Part shown: in pieces, positions 50,101 to 64,000 of the stretch
Position numbering within the stretch: position 1 is the stretch's first letter
Layout of the letters: every line of letters starts with the position of its first letter
Assembly: GCA_051362555.1 (NCBI GenBank)
Contig: CM120642.1
Coordinates: forward strand, 29,822,001-29,886,000
Source of the DNA: Lingula anatina
Taxonomy: Eukaryota; Animalia; Brachiopoda
DNA length: 64,000 bases
Reading direction: 5' to 3'
Notes under the pieces: model-generated
Seen by the model: only the letters and a program-made list of their open reading frames with translations
Database searches by the model: none
Told to the model about the DNA's origin: nothing
Translations under genes and position numbers: made by a program

Positions 50101-53100
50101 TCCGAGTTATATATCAAGGGGGTTGATCTACTAAGCTGAAAGTAGATAATACTGACATTTAATCTGATTCACCATACACTTGTAACGTGTACAGATACAG
50201 TGTAGTAACTGCATATCTTGGCTTTCTTCGTCCCAAATCTGCCCATGAAATATAGCACAAGTAAGTTTTTATGCCCATGCAAATGTTATATGACCAATGA
50301 ATATTCCATGTAAAAGGTATATATAGAAAAATGGATATAACCATGTTCTATAGCCCACTGACATCAACGTTTTGTAGGGCATGATTATGAACATGTTTTA
50401 TAGCCCATTCACATGTTATAGAAGAAACTGGTATGCCTAAGTGTTACAAGTATAAGATTTTCAGATAAATCAGCTTAGCTTTTCAAAGCTATGCCACCAA
50501 AAAACAAGAACCGGTTTTTTAAATAGACCGTGCACGTGATATAGACAAACAGACATAATTTTATGAAATAAATAATACGATTTTTTTCAGCATTTGATTG
50601 ACAGGGAAGTGCCAAACATAAACAGTGACTCGCGCTTGCAAGTGTAAATACGAGACATTGTTATATACTGTATAACTTTCTCATTTCTAATCGAAGTTGA
50701 GCTGTCCAGAAGGACAGTGTAGTGCTTAGTTTAAAATTGCTGAAAAGATTGTTGTGACATTATGCCTGTCAGATCGCTCTAGATTCTGGAAAAACTAAAG
50801 GCATCTTTGATTGCTCTTTTTGCTCCGTACAGAGCTATCCTGACCTCACTTAGACATCTTTGGCCAATACAAGTCCCGAGTTCAGCTGCGAGAGATCATT
50901 TGTTCCACCTAAATGATAGAAATGCATTTAGTGGAATCTCAAAGGAGAAGATTGAACTTCTTTGCGTCGATTTAGAAACAATAAAAATCAAGAAGAAGTT
51001 GCCAAAGATAGCATTTTCTGACAACCTAACTCACACCTTAAGTAATCAAATATTTTTTCTATATATACAATGTTTACATTTTCCTTAACTGTCGGTATGA
51101 AAACTCTATGCATTTTTCATTTTTTTTATGAATATTGAAAAAATACAGACACAGGAAAATAATATGCCTGCAAAATTGACAATGATTAAACTTTATGTCA
51201 TAAAAATTGCATTCAATTTAAGTATAATTTAATTTTAAGAACAGATGATCATGAGCATCGGGATGAAAAAAAGAGAGAATGGAGTGTTTCCCTCGGAATT
51301 GTTTTCCAAGTCTGTTTTACGTAATTTAATTTCAGGAAAATTGACCTCCTATTGCGGGCACCAGGCAAGTAATAAAATCATGCTGTAGAGCGGCCGGTTG
51401 AGTTCCAGTGGTTGCTGAACTGAACTACAGATTGCCAGCACCCAAGTCTGATCGATTGAGTTAGTTAATGTAGATCTCAGGGACTGATAATCGAATCATT
51501 GCAATACGTGGTAACAGACTTTGATGGATTACTTTCTTAAATTTGTCTCTGAAATGTTTTTTTTCCTATTTCGGTCAATTGATGACACTTATACCTCTCA
51601 ATAAGATATTATCTTCGTCTAAGACTTAAAGATACTTAAACTTACTCTTTTTTAATTGTGCTTAAACTAATTTAATTGCAGTTGTGTCCTTGACTTTGAT
51701 TCACCAGGACGTCTTGCAAGTAGGGCACAGCGCATGTACATATGTCTTCTTTTTCATCGCAAAATAGGCTTACATGTATTGAGAAAACTTTGACGTGACG
51801 TCTCAAGAATTGATGGACCCCGTTAGGTGGACGTCATACTATGAAGCGATGATGGAAATTTCGGCGATAACTGAATGAAGCATTCGATTTACAACAGAGT
51901 TCTTACCAGTACTGTCACCTTTTAAGATTTCCATCTCATCTCTCGATCCGATGAAGTATTTTCAACAGTATGATTAAAATCGAATTAGGTGCCATACTTT
52001 TCATTTTGTTTTTAAAAACAGAATATGGATCACAACAAACCACAGCATTAACGTCCACATCTTTTAAGCTTCAAACAGGCCATCATCTTTATGAGAATGT
52101 CATTTTGGTCACCGCTTAATGGGTAATTTAAAAGGCATTTGTTATAATGCCCATCACAGCCTTAGTAGCGTTTAAACGCCGTTTTCGAAATTCAGAAACA
52201 CATATAGAAACACATATATTCTGATTTCATTCTATATCCAGTGTATCCCGTTAATTCAAAGCCAGATACAATACAGGATGAACTTTGCACACTCAATCTG
52301 GGACCAAGTCTGTGACCGACCTCTCAGTTATAAGAGAGATGTCTGATCATGTAGCGGTCTATCTCTGGATCACGGAGCTGAAACAATTAATATTCCAATC
52401 AGATAAATCGGTTATCGTACTAGGATAGATGAATGCAACTTCTGATTTAGAACTAAGTTCATGTTTCTGCTAGTAGTCACTAGTCCTTGACTAACTCATG
52501 CGTTCGTTTAATCCAACTGAAGAACGACCCATTTCATCTGGCCGACTGCTTCTAGTTTGTAATATCAAAATGTCATAATAATTCATCATCGCGGCCAATG
52601 AATGACAACTTAACCATTCAATTATTATTATCAGAAGAAACTCAAGGCTAATTACTTGACTAGCGATTGACCTCAACTACGGTCGCGGCGGTTATGAGAA
52701 GAGCACCCGCCAGGTTCTCTACCTTTGCTACATCGGACGACCCACTGTGATGAACGGGTCTGACATGTGCCAAGACAGAGCGGCCCAGCTGAACTGGAAA
52801 CGCAGCCTTCTAAAACTAAGATAACAGTACAATTGTGATTAAAACTCGCACTGCATGAAGCTTACGATCGAAACGGAGGTTGCTTCGTTTTAGATTTGTC
52901 ACAGGGCTTTCTTGATCTGATGAACTGATGTTGAGTGGTTACCATTGTCACGAGATGCCAATCTGCAAGGGATGTCCCTAAATGTAAACTACAGTATGAG
53001 AGATGATGATAATTACATCTTTTTTTATTTTTAAAAGACTACTGGGTGAACCACAACTTTCATTTTGACATCCCGATAAAAGTATATCACCTCGCGTGAA

Positions 53101-55949
53101 ATACCACGAGACACTGACAAATCGTTCCATTCTTGGCCATATTTATATGTTAATGTCACCAGCATACACAAATGTACTTCACGATCCCGTGAAATAAGAC
53201 AAGCTTTAAAGGCTTTAAAATACATTACAGTCCCGTGATATAATTCGACAAAACTGTATAGAAATAAGAAGAAGGCTCAAAGGAAAAGCCACAATAACGA
53301 ATAGCGCGTATTGCTCTTTAACAAATTTTATTTAAATGGACTTGCATTTTACAAGGATAAATCCTGAAAATGAAAGAAGGCTGCATAAAACCAAAGCGAC
53401 CAAAAAGCATCGATGTCAGTACAAATTTACATGAGTTTTTTTTTTTTTTTTTTTTTTTTGCTTCATATACATGACTTTCCATCGCCAAGGGTATGTTTCC
53501 ATGGGAATGTTACGATGCAGGTTATCTGCCAGTGCCAGACTGTAAGATTGCAGCTAAATGTCATCGGCTGCGCTCGGAGCTGAGACTTATTGACTGTGCA
53601 TCTTAACTTCTCTTCTTCGATATACGGTGAACAATAATTGGGATATTACCACTCGAAAAAAGGCAATAATTCTTTGTCATTTTAGCCAGCACACGTGCCC
53701 CATGTCTGTTTTTAAACATTTTGGGCATGAAACGCCAGCGTGAAAGGTAACTGCTGTGTGTGAGTGGTTGCTATCTGCATGCTCTCTTAATGAGCACTTA
53801 TAAATTGAATCCATTAATACATTCAGTTTGTGGTGAACGATTTCTTTAAAAGAGTACATCTGACATTCCATCTCTGCATTTCAAACACCATATCAGGTAA
53901 ATGTTGCGGTGTAAAACAGTTGACACACCCTGTAGCTGGGGTGAAATAATGGGTAAGAGGACACACTATCACAGTATTTGCGATAGGAAGAAGGCCTTTG
54001 CTACACTGAAAACACCTGACAACCAGGGTAGCGTGTAATGGGCCATTCCGATAATAGTGGCACTACATAAAGACCGTCTGTAGAATGACAGATATATCAC
54101 TTTCAACAGAAGCAGATAGCAATATCACTTCATTTGCCCTTTTTCAATTAACAGAAAATACATTCCATGTTTTGTTGCCGGTCGATTCCCACGGGGGAAG
54201 AATTAGCGACCGAAGGGAAGACGTCGGATGTGCTCGATGATGGTTTTGAGTAACGGCAAGGAGTTCAGTTGCCTAATATATTTTAGTTATAACCTATGTT
54301 TTCATTATGAAGCATGGGTTTTATATTAACATCAACTTGCATTTTGACCTAAGAAACAGATTGGCCAGTTATTTGTAATGTTTGAGGTCATCCCTTAACA
54401 CATTAAATGAGCCTAGAGACACCTTGAACATCCGCAATGGGACTCTGTACATTGTGTAAAGGATATCCGTTGGATTTGTGTCTACATAATTTCTAACATC
54501 ACTTTTTAATCAATTTGTCATATTTCAGGCAGGTAGTTTCAAGCCATAACGGAAAAAGTAAAACCAATAGCCAGAAGCCTCTGGGTATACAACAGTGGTG
54601 ATAATGGACGCACCCACAGCACTTGAACTTAAACAAGCAGTGGCATTATTTGATTACTTTCTGGCATGCAGAAATGCTCTTAGTCGTGGTTCATAGCTTA
54701 GTTCAACGGGCAGGCTATTGGCAACGGAGAGCGGAATTATTAGTGGAAAAGTACTTGACACACTCGACCACTTTGGGTTCGCAATAATTATTGCTCTTTG
54801 CTTTTAAAAAATGATTTACTGCTTTGGCAATCAGAGCATCGACGCATCTTCGGCACCATGTGTGCATGGTGTACTTAGAGATGCAATATAAAGCGAGCAC
54901 TTTGTCGGGTTATTACCACTATAGGCCCTATCAAATGCCATCATAGTGTTTCAGGTAGTATAGTTTAAAGCAATACCAAAGGTTGCGATACATTATTTCC
55001 CGATAACTTTTTGCACAGAAAATTTTTGATCCTTTCTGTTCCTTACGGACTGGTGAAAAAGTAGGTCAAATTTACGACCAGAAATTTGCAGAAGATGCAT
55101 TTTTAAAGACTTTTTTCTATTGCCACTAAATTCGACTGGTTTTATGTCGCAGATTTTGTTTGCGTTGTGTAATAAACTGGTAATTAGAATTTAAATACCT
55201 TACAGGGCATTTATTCTTAAAAAGACTTTTATCGAGAAAAGTGAAATTTTTGCCGATAAACGACAAATTAATATTATTTGAATAGATATAATAAGATTAA
55301 AACATCACTGTTTTGAAGGATTTTTCTTACCTTTAACTTGTTTATCAAGGGCGTCTCTTTCACAATAGAAACATCAAGATAACGCCGATCTACGTCTTTA
55401 CCGATGCGACATAACTGAATAGACTTCAGCCACCTTATTATCTACCAGGCGTCTGCTGTTTCACTGAGCCCATAACACCATGAAGTAAAGGATATGTATA
55501 CAAGGCTCTTAATCCCATACGATCACTGAAGCACTGCAAAACTAATTTGCTACCAGAGACTGGTATCGGCACTTGCTTTTATCTTAAGGAATCTCTTCAA
55601 TTTTTTCTTACTGGTCAATAAATTAATCGTAATCAAACTTAGGGAATGCCACTTACCTGTTACAAGTATGATTATAACCGACTCCATTGTTCTTATGTAT
55701 ACGGATTTTGTTCTGTTTTTGGATGTGAAATTTAGACGTCGACACAGGCAGTCAAAGCATCCTGCTTTCATGCGCACATTGTAATCACTAAGGCTAGTCG
55801 GAGGCAGATAAAGACTGCCGCTAGGTGGTGTAACAGTAAAATACAATAACGCCAGACTCGCCATGCTTGGGAAGGTGCCAAGGCAAGATTGGACACGCGA
55901 TAGGCCGGCGTGGCAAAGTGTGATTTTTAATTGGACAACTAACACCGTG

Positions 55950-56016
55950 ATGGAGACATTAAGCGAAATCGCCCTGATTGGTTCGTTGTTGCTTCTGTCG
56001 ACCTATAGCCAGGGAG
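55950..56016 (+). CDS. Candidate signal-peptide first exon of another secreted protein (downstream exons not identified)
   Basis: gtgATGG context, METLSEIALIGSLLLLSTYSQG, then G|gtgggg phase-1 donor. This is the same layout as exon 1 of protein A. Confidence 0.45.
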
Positions 56017-56713
56017 GTGGGGACACATTCAGTTATTCTGTCCAGCTCGGGGTGTTCTGTCTCTAGCGCTCTTATTCTTCTGTATGTGTGAGATAATGTG
56101 CTGACACCCCGTGGGATACATGCCAGAATACTTGTCAGCGAGAGGTGTTAGAGGAATATGTCGCAAGAGGGTGGCAGTATGTTGTTTGACGTAAAAAACC
56201 GAAAAAATGTACTCGCATTTCATCGAAAAACACTCCTATAACCAAATAAATAAAGCGTATATCGCTACGGTCATATAACATTTAAGGTGTGTCTGTGTCC
56301 ATACCGAGCGCACTGTCACAGACACAACAGTGAATGAATTTAATAAGAATAATAACACTTGAAGAGGAGACTAGTGGTATTCAGGCACATGATACTAGTA
56401 CGCGTGCTGCTTTATCAAATTAAACAAAGACTCACTCAAGGCTCACTATCATCCCCTGAACATAAATCGTTAACTGTAAAGCGATTTTATTGCGTGGGAT
56501 TGAACATATTACGCATAATTCACGAGGGGCCAAATCCTCTTATATAAGTTGGTAATGATTACTTTCGGGTCATTTAATTCTAACACTAAAATTGATAAAA
56601 ATAACCCATCAAGCTCAAAACGGGCATTACGATACAAACGTGTAACGGGCATATGCAAAACACGTTAGAGATACTCCTTAAACGCAATAAAGAAATTAAA
56701 CCCCGTGTGAATT

Positions 56714-56976
56714 TTAGACTGGGTTCCCATACCTAGATTGATCTAACAGGATCGATCTATCTCTAAGGGGTTTCTTGCTAAATTGCTTTCAGCTTAAATG
56801 GCTAAGATGTCTGGCACGCCTGTTGAAGCTGCTAAACGATAGTTGATTACCCCTAACAGCTTCAGTAGGCGTGGCAGACATCTAAGAAGCTTAAATTGAT
56901 AGCAATTTAGCGAGAATTTCCTTGGAGATAGATCGATCCACAGTTAGTACGATAGGGTCTGGGAATGGTCCCATAA
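56714..56976. mobile_element. Palindromic MITE-like element, family B (second copy)
   Basis: ttcccatacctagattgatctaacaggatcgatctatctctaaggggtttcttgctaaattgc matches 30371 onward. The central spacer is inverted relative to the 30362 copy. Confidence 0.8.
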
Positions 56977-59900
56977 ACTCTTGTTGCTTTAAAAGTCAAA
57001 CCTTGGACATAATAACGAATTATTATGTCCAAGGTCAAACCAACGCTTTGTAATTAGGAAGCACTGATATGAAAAGAAATGTATATCTGGGCCTGTGAAA
57101 TATATGTCGTTGATAAGAAATGAAGACCTCTCAACATTTTAAGCTTGTCACAAATGTGTCTGCGTAACCGGATAATTAATCTGATTAAAAGCTGCCTATG
57201 CACTGTGCCAATCCCTTTTGTTCATGGGCTAACTATACGATGGCGCGGCGGCCTCGCGTGCTCCGTGCACCTGATGGATCCAATCCCCAGGGACGGTGGT
57301 ATCGTGTCCGGATATGAAGCTGTCGGCACATCTGTCAGGCACGGGTTACTGAGAACAAGCGTACTGAGGTTATCCATGACGGGTGTTCAAAACCAATGTG
57401 GTATGGAGACGAATGAACATGCATATTTAACGCCTCGAAAAGTAGGGGATACACTGGCGTTGCAAGAGAACAGAGTAAAAGGAATCATTACCACACAGGA
57501 ATTAAGTTGATTAAACATTAATTTAATGAACATCCCCTGCAATGATTATATACAGTGGCGCCTGTGAGAGGTCAGCTTTATCGAATATTATAGGGTCTAA
57601 ATTCTAAACAAAGACATGGCGTGTAAACGGAGATTGAACTTAGCCCATGTAGGATGTTTTTTGGACGTCATCTAAATGTTGTCATGGCGATCATTCAAAT
57701 AATTGTGGGTGCATGTCACATAATAAATTTGGCCATCAAACTGAGCAAGAAATTATAGAATTAAGAAGATATTTATCATTCTGGCACCAAACGTTCGCCA
57801 GTACAATCGGTACCCAATGAAAAATTAACGTCACCGTATTAATATAGTGTTTCAATGCGTATGTGGTCTAAGGCAAATTTAGCTACTTGCATCTTTTGGG
57901 GGATTTGGAAGGGTGCAATCGTATTTCATTTAAGGTCCGACGAGAAAGCACCTTATTGCATTTTTCTTCGTACCATGCTTTGTTTCAATTCAAGTGAACA
58001 GTATATCTTTTTCAGTAACTGGAAAAATGGCATATTCAGGTGCATTTCACTTCTAAAGTATTAACGTGGGCTTTGAACTCAATCACATGAAATCTCTAGC
58101 CAAATACATGTCTGGATTTGCGTGTAACAGCAGGGACTGCACTACAGTGCCGAAATTCTGGGAAAGGCTAGTCATCAAAATCATTACTAATTATTTCCCC
58201 TGGACATAGGTGTGATCCAAAACTTCAATAAGCAATTATAACTGATTTTAACCTCATGACACTGGACCTGTGTGTATTTACACCAAAATACCTGCCTGCG
58301 GAGTAATTATAATCTCGTTCTATATTCTGGGCATATGTCGTCCACTTTCAAAGACACTAATATAATTAACAACGGTATATAATTAACAACATTGGCCACA
58401 CCGAATATCACGATTTGTGGTTCGTGACCATGGGATCTTCGGTTTTAAAGAAAAAATTCTTCTTGGCCGCTGGGAAATGAGACTGCTTTCAATAAGTAAG
58501 GACAGAAATAACCCTTGAGGGAAGGTCAACTAATCTGCACGAATTTCACAACTGCAAAAGCAGTGATGAATCAAAACGCCATCGACCCCGTGGACTAAAT
58601 GCACTTAACAAGTGGACATATCTATAAACGGCAATGTCCTAATTACAAATATATTCCCATTGCTGCCGGTGGCCAAGATTGGTAAATACTTTACTCATGG
58701 CCTTAAGCTCACCATCACAGACATATTTAAAATTTATCTGCAACTCAAGCTTCACCAAAATGACCTATATGCTGTCGTCTTTTGGTCGTTTGGCCCAGAG
58801 GAAGTACACAACTAGTCTTCGCTTTCAACGTCTTGTTCCAGCATATATCATTTGCCGTGCCATTAATGATGCATGAATAGTCACTATCTTTTCAACACAA
58901 ATGCCTGCACGAACCATAGTCTGTAATTCATGGCACATTAACGGGCCTAAACGTTTCGCCGTTCCAACACGTTTACCATATTAGGAAGACATATTATTAA
59001 TCAAGAGGGTTAGTGACTTATGAGTCTTTGCCAGAACGCCCTGATAAGCCGAGTTCTAAATTTTGAATTAATTTGAAAATTGTTAGAATTTTTAAAATAC
59101 CATCATGCTTTTTTTGTTTGAATATTTGTTTGATTACTAATAAAAAACAACCCCTGAACGAAACGAAATGATAAGACATCTTATATCAATTGGAATGCCA
59201 ACGTATGTCAACCCCAGTGACAAGCTTTTTGTTGGTACCGTTAGTTTAATGTACGCACATCTTTCACGGGCCGAACGTATGACATGGGGAATTGAAATGA
59301 AAATAACCATATCACGACACGCACAAGGGATTTCACAGAATTAACTGGTTATTGATTTGCTCCGAGGCAGGCTGAACCATCGGAGACCCCATTGAAAAGA
59401 CCGCAGGTATACATATGTCGCTGATGTATTAAATGCCGAAACGCCCTCTGTGTATCACTACGACCTGAGGGCAGTGAACACTCCGGGCTCAGTGTTGAGC
59501 TACAGACTACGCCATGTTTAACAGTTCATATCGGTTTGCGACTGCTTGCCGATCAAAATACGCCATAGCTTTTAAAAGAGATTGCAAGCGACCGCCAGAT
59601 TTTGTGGTTGCAAAAAGTGTTGGCCTTTACATTCAGGTTGTAAAACAGGGACATTATTCCATTAGATTAAATTAAGTAAATACTGGTCTGAGAGATTCAC
59701 GTTATGTATAATTCACTGGGGGAAATATCTGTTTTATACGTAATCAGCGATTACTACGCAGCTCATTTCCATTACATTTGTTAATAGCTAAACCATCAAG
59801 CTTAACACAGGCATCACAATTCAATTATGTAACCCAAAAATTGGTCTTATCTTTTAGAACCAAAACCTGGTCTACTTAAGTTTAAGTTAAATCCATAGAA

Positions 59901-61521
59901 GTCGCCTTAAATAAAGCAAGTGTTGGTCTCAAACATTCATGTTATAAAACAAATCAGTATTCCATTAGATTAATATTGGACTACAACCTATTTGTCCTGT
60001 GTCAACGTGGACAAAACATTTGGTCTAAAAGTTTAGAAAAGAATTCAGGCTAAAGGTTTTTTATGAGATAGGTCCTGAAAGGTAAGTTGCCCGGGGCCTT
60101 TAACAAAGCCTTTTCATTACCGCGCTGTGTGTACAGGTCTGTAGAGAGACCGTTTGATTCCATTTATCTAACTCCCAGTTACAATACCAGTTCGAGTATT
60201 CAATTGCATAACATGATCAGTTGATGAGGAAAAAACATTAATCTGACATTAATGCCATATTGATCTTTTTTTTATCCATTAGAAGTGGTATTAAATGTAA
60301 AAAGTCATCCCATGCTCATTTAAATGTTCTTTATCATCACTTAACTGCCAAAGAAACTTTTGTCAAGGCAAAACTATTCACGGGCACCCAGGGGTACATT
60401 TGGACCATTTAAAACAATCAGTACAGCAGTTACTGTTTGAGTTTAAAACACTCGTAGAACGCCCCGACTGATGTGGTCCCTTGTTAATTTTGACCTGAAA
60501 GCAGCATTTAGATTAAACGATTGAGGTAAATTAAGATTTTTGAGCACCATTCAATTCCAACCAAAAAGAAGACACAAGAGGACTCCCATACAAACTGTGC
60601 CCGGGGGTCTACCGCTCACTCCTAAATGGTTTTTAATGTTCTTTCATAAGAGACATCGATGCAAAGCTTTTCATTATTGTTTCTAATGCTTCTTAACAGC
60701 GTAATTGATAAAATTCCAATGGGATACAATTCAGGGAAAACATAAACAGTTTTGCTCTCGGTATTGATCCACCTATAATTGGATTTGTTGTTATGTCAAA
60801 GTGATATACTTTAGAGTCATTTATGTTATAGCTTTTCTAGGCAAAGGGTCTACTTAACTGAGAAATACTTGATAGGCTCAATAATGAACTTAAAGGTATA
60901 TCCAATAAAGATATTCTACTTATAGAAAACTGGATTTGATAAACATTTTCGACTACAACGCCATGCTTGTTTTTCTTAAAATTCAGGCTCCGGCAGTCTA
61001 AAACCACCTTGATAGCAAGAAAATCATTCTTGGGTTTTGGCAATGTCGAGCATGGATTCGATATTCAAGCATCAGTGTTCTGACTATTTTCAAAATATGT
61101 TGACACGGCAGAAACATAAATGTTGTGATGGCCTTAAACGGAGTCTATGCAATGTCCGGGCAAAAAACCTAATGGAATCGACACCTTAATGAAGCAAAAC
61201 AAACCTGAAGGTCCTTTGAAGTCAAAGCAAGATAAAACCCATTGCGTCTACATTCGCTGATGTGGTATCCAACATCGCTTTATTTAATTTAAACCGTTTC
61301 AGGCAGACTTACTACAGGAAATAGATGGTTTGAATGCAATAGATAGTCTGAGGGACGTTGGACCGTTTCCCCGGAATCAATTTTCGCTCATCGCGCTAAT
61401 AAACCATCTGTCTGTATTAGTTAAGCCAGTATAAATTTTCATCTTTTACCACGTTAGCCTACCTACTAGAAACAAACCTCTTCAGTTTGTCTACGTATGA
61501 GCAATTTATCTCATACGTTAG

Positions 61522-61562
<41 letters not shown>

Positions 61563-61573
61563 CACGCGCGCGC
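61522..61573. repeat. Compound microsatellite (CT)n(AT)n(CA/CG)n
   Basis: Directly visible. Confidence 0.85.
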
Positions 61574-62845
61574 TAGAATGTGACAGTCTTTATGACTTCA
61601 ATCTTTCTTAGGGAACCGTCACCGCGCCCTGACAATCTACATTTTAAAAACATAATTACAAGTGCCGCTCTTCAGCTAAAGCTTAAACTACTTCACGCGA
61701 TGGCGAACATCTAATCACTTTACCCTTAAAACTGTTTATGTCACTTTCCATAAAAAGGGTAAAGAAAAAAGAGAATGGCTTAACGAAGAGATCTCGCTAA
61801 CTAAACTTGTAAAAATGATACTTATTACATTAGTAATTAATCAAAACTAAATCAAAAATTCCAAACACCTTTCTCAGAGGCAGACGCTTACGATTAAAGT
61901 AAAATGTAATACTATATTCCTAAGCGGTTAAGGTGTAAAAATAAGGTAAATATTGTGATAGATGACCGCTAAATGACGTACATAGGCCCTATCTAAATTA
62001 TTGAAACTTCATTAGCTGTGAGTATTTGATAGCCCGGGGCTTCATAGTGACGTTGTACAGTCCGTAAGTGACCTTGAGAGGGAGAGGCCTCGAGTGAGTG
62101 ATTGGGTGAAATATACACTATATACTGTACATCTGCATGCACAGTGTATATACAATGTGCATTATAAATTACGCATCGAAAGCGCAGTGTAAGAGCTTTC
62201 CGTACAATAAATTCACCCGGTCTAAGTAACAAACAATTTTCTTTTTCCCCTTGTGAGGCGTTCAAGTGATCAACAATCCAATATTTCTAGTAACTGTTCT
62301 AATATTAGTACGCGTCTGAGGTTGCCCGGATTGACTAGAAAAGCAGATATTGTGTGTATGTCCACATTATCTGGTGGAAAAGAAAGACGTGGTAGAGTAT
62401 CAGGTGCACGTTAAGTAATGGATTCTGTGAGGGGGTTAGAGTATTGGTCATGTTTATCGTCAGTTAATATGTCAATAACGTGTGATCCGTGTAAGAGATG
62501 TTGAAATGAACTGTGATTACAGGGCTAGCACACGAAAGGCAGAAGTCAACGCAGTGTAGAATGTAACCTCTTAGACTATCGAGGGACACATTTAGTGAAG
62601 AGATCACTGAACCGTACTTTCAGTGCGACTATTTGTACTAAAATAAACACGCAATCTTTCTTCAGAAGGAGTCACTAAGTTGACACCTCTGGAAATCTGT
62701 TCCTTTTTTGATACTAGTCGTATAAATTGGAATTTCTACAGTAAAGAAAATATGCATTTTGTACCACAAAATCTACGCAAAATTTTCATTTGGTTTTAGA
62801 TTATAATTACAAAACATCGTTTCGGAATAGAAGCCTTTTAGTTTA

Positions 62846-63281
62846 GTTTATTCCTGTAATAATAAACAAATGGCGCATATTCCCCTGTGTACTCTGAAGC
62901 CGAGGGTCCTATTTCCTCTTACTGTGCCCTAGCTACGCATTGTAGTTCACGAGGGGTTGTGCTCTGTTTGCTTTATTATATACTGATTAACCGACAAGGT
63001 ATAAATTAAAGCCTTTTGGTTTTTATTCGTTACGTGATTGATAATATATTATTTAAAAATTAGAATATCTAAAATACAAAAAGATCAAAAACAGTCAAAA
63101 GTGCTAAAAATATTTTTCAAATGTGATGATAAATAATCACAGGAGGATAAGTTTGATGTATACCACTTGATGTAGAAAAATTATGTGACAAGCAATATTT
63201 GAACAATCATCATCAGCTGGTTACCATAGTGCATGAAAACTGACCAATCAGATGCCTAGAATTCTAACATAGGAATAATAA
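62846..63281. mobile_element. Possible non-autonomous DNA element
   Basis: Short inverted ends tttattcct and aggaataataaa, with internal gaagccgaggg and accaatcaga motifs reminiscent of invertebrate interspersed repeats. Only one copy is present in the window. Confidence 0.3.
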
Positions 63282-64000
63282 ACGGTGACGATAATAGCGT
63301 AGTATACAGTGTAGATAACAGCAAAATGAATAAGAAATTAAAGCTTGAAGGAATATAAAAATGCAACGCTACAAAAATTCATTTTTACGTAATAGCTCAA
63401 AGAAAGCTTGGAGTCCATGAACATAAACTTTCGCTTGTCCATGTTAGAATGCCTGGAAGCATTTCCATTTTCGTACTATTCTGAGATGTTACATTCTTTG
63501 TTTTACGCTTGAATAATCAATCCTTGAAAAACACTCGAGCATTAAGTACGCCTGGAACCAATTCCAATTAGGCTTTGTTTGAGGTGTCATATTCTTTATT
63601 TTACGCCAAAATAATCACATTTTCCGAAACAATCCCATTTACTAATACGATTTTCCAAATACGCTCACAAAAAATAACAAAATTTTCTTTTACCTTAGAG
63701 TACTGAAATTGTGTTATTTGGCAGCATATCTCAGAATAGCATATCTTTTATCTCTCCTTAAGTCCAAAATAACTTGTCTAGATCTGGTTTTGTAGGTCTG
63801 ATAACTAAGATAATAGCGATGCATATCTGCCATAATATTTCCATGGCCTTCAGATAACTGCTATCAGCAACGGTAAATTTCGATCTATTAGTGATATACG
63901 GAGGTCAAAACAAATTGTAGCATAACTGCGCTAAAACCATCATAAAATATATCATTAAAAATAATAATAATAAATAAATGAACATTCAACGAGCAGGCGT

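Noticed and set aside
57145-57510. 121-aa ORF as exon 2 of the candidate gene at 55950
   Set aside because: No convincing phase-1 acceptor/donor pair and no recognisable motif.

Overview
AT-rich, intron-containing animal genomic DNA, probably from a marine invertebrate such as a mollusc or other lophotrochozoan (inference). I assembled four spliced genes by hand using GT-AG boundaries and matching intron phases. (1) The last 7 coding exons of a TBC1D1/TBC1D4 (AS160/pollux)-family Rab-GAP, + strand, 1040-5973. One exon end and its 5' splice site are amplified into a 10 x 65-bp tandem array. (2) A convergent 8-exon minus-strand gene, 14986-9964, about 699 aa. It has an N-terminal PPxY motif, four tandem copies of a ~90-aa domain I cannot assign, and a Pro/Thr/Glu repeat tail. 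(3, 4) A tail-to-tail pair of paralogous secreted 12-cysteine proteins with hydrophobic C-termini (+ 20618-31355, ~252 aa; - 39532-35734, ~262 aa) that share intron positions and phases. A lone signal-peptide exon at 55950 may start another secreted-protein gene. The rest is intronic or intergenic, with several palindromic MITE-like elements, a nested fold-back element with a degenerate hammerhead-like core, a decayed Tc1/mariner transposase and many microsatellites. No rRNA, intact tRNA or CRISPR array was seen. All gene models lack transcript support.
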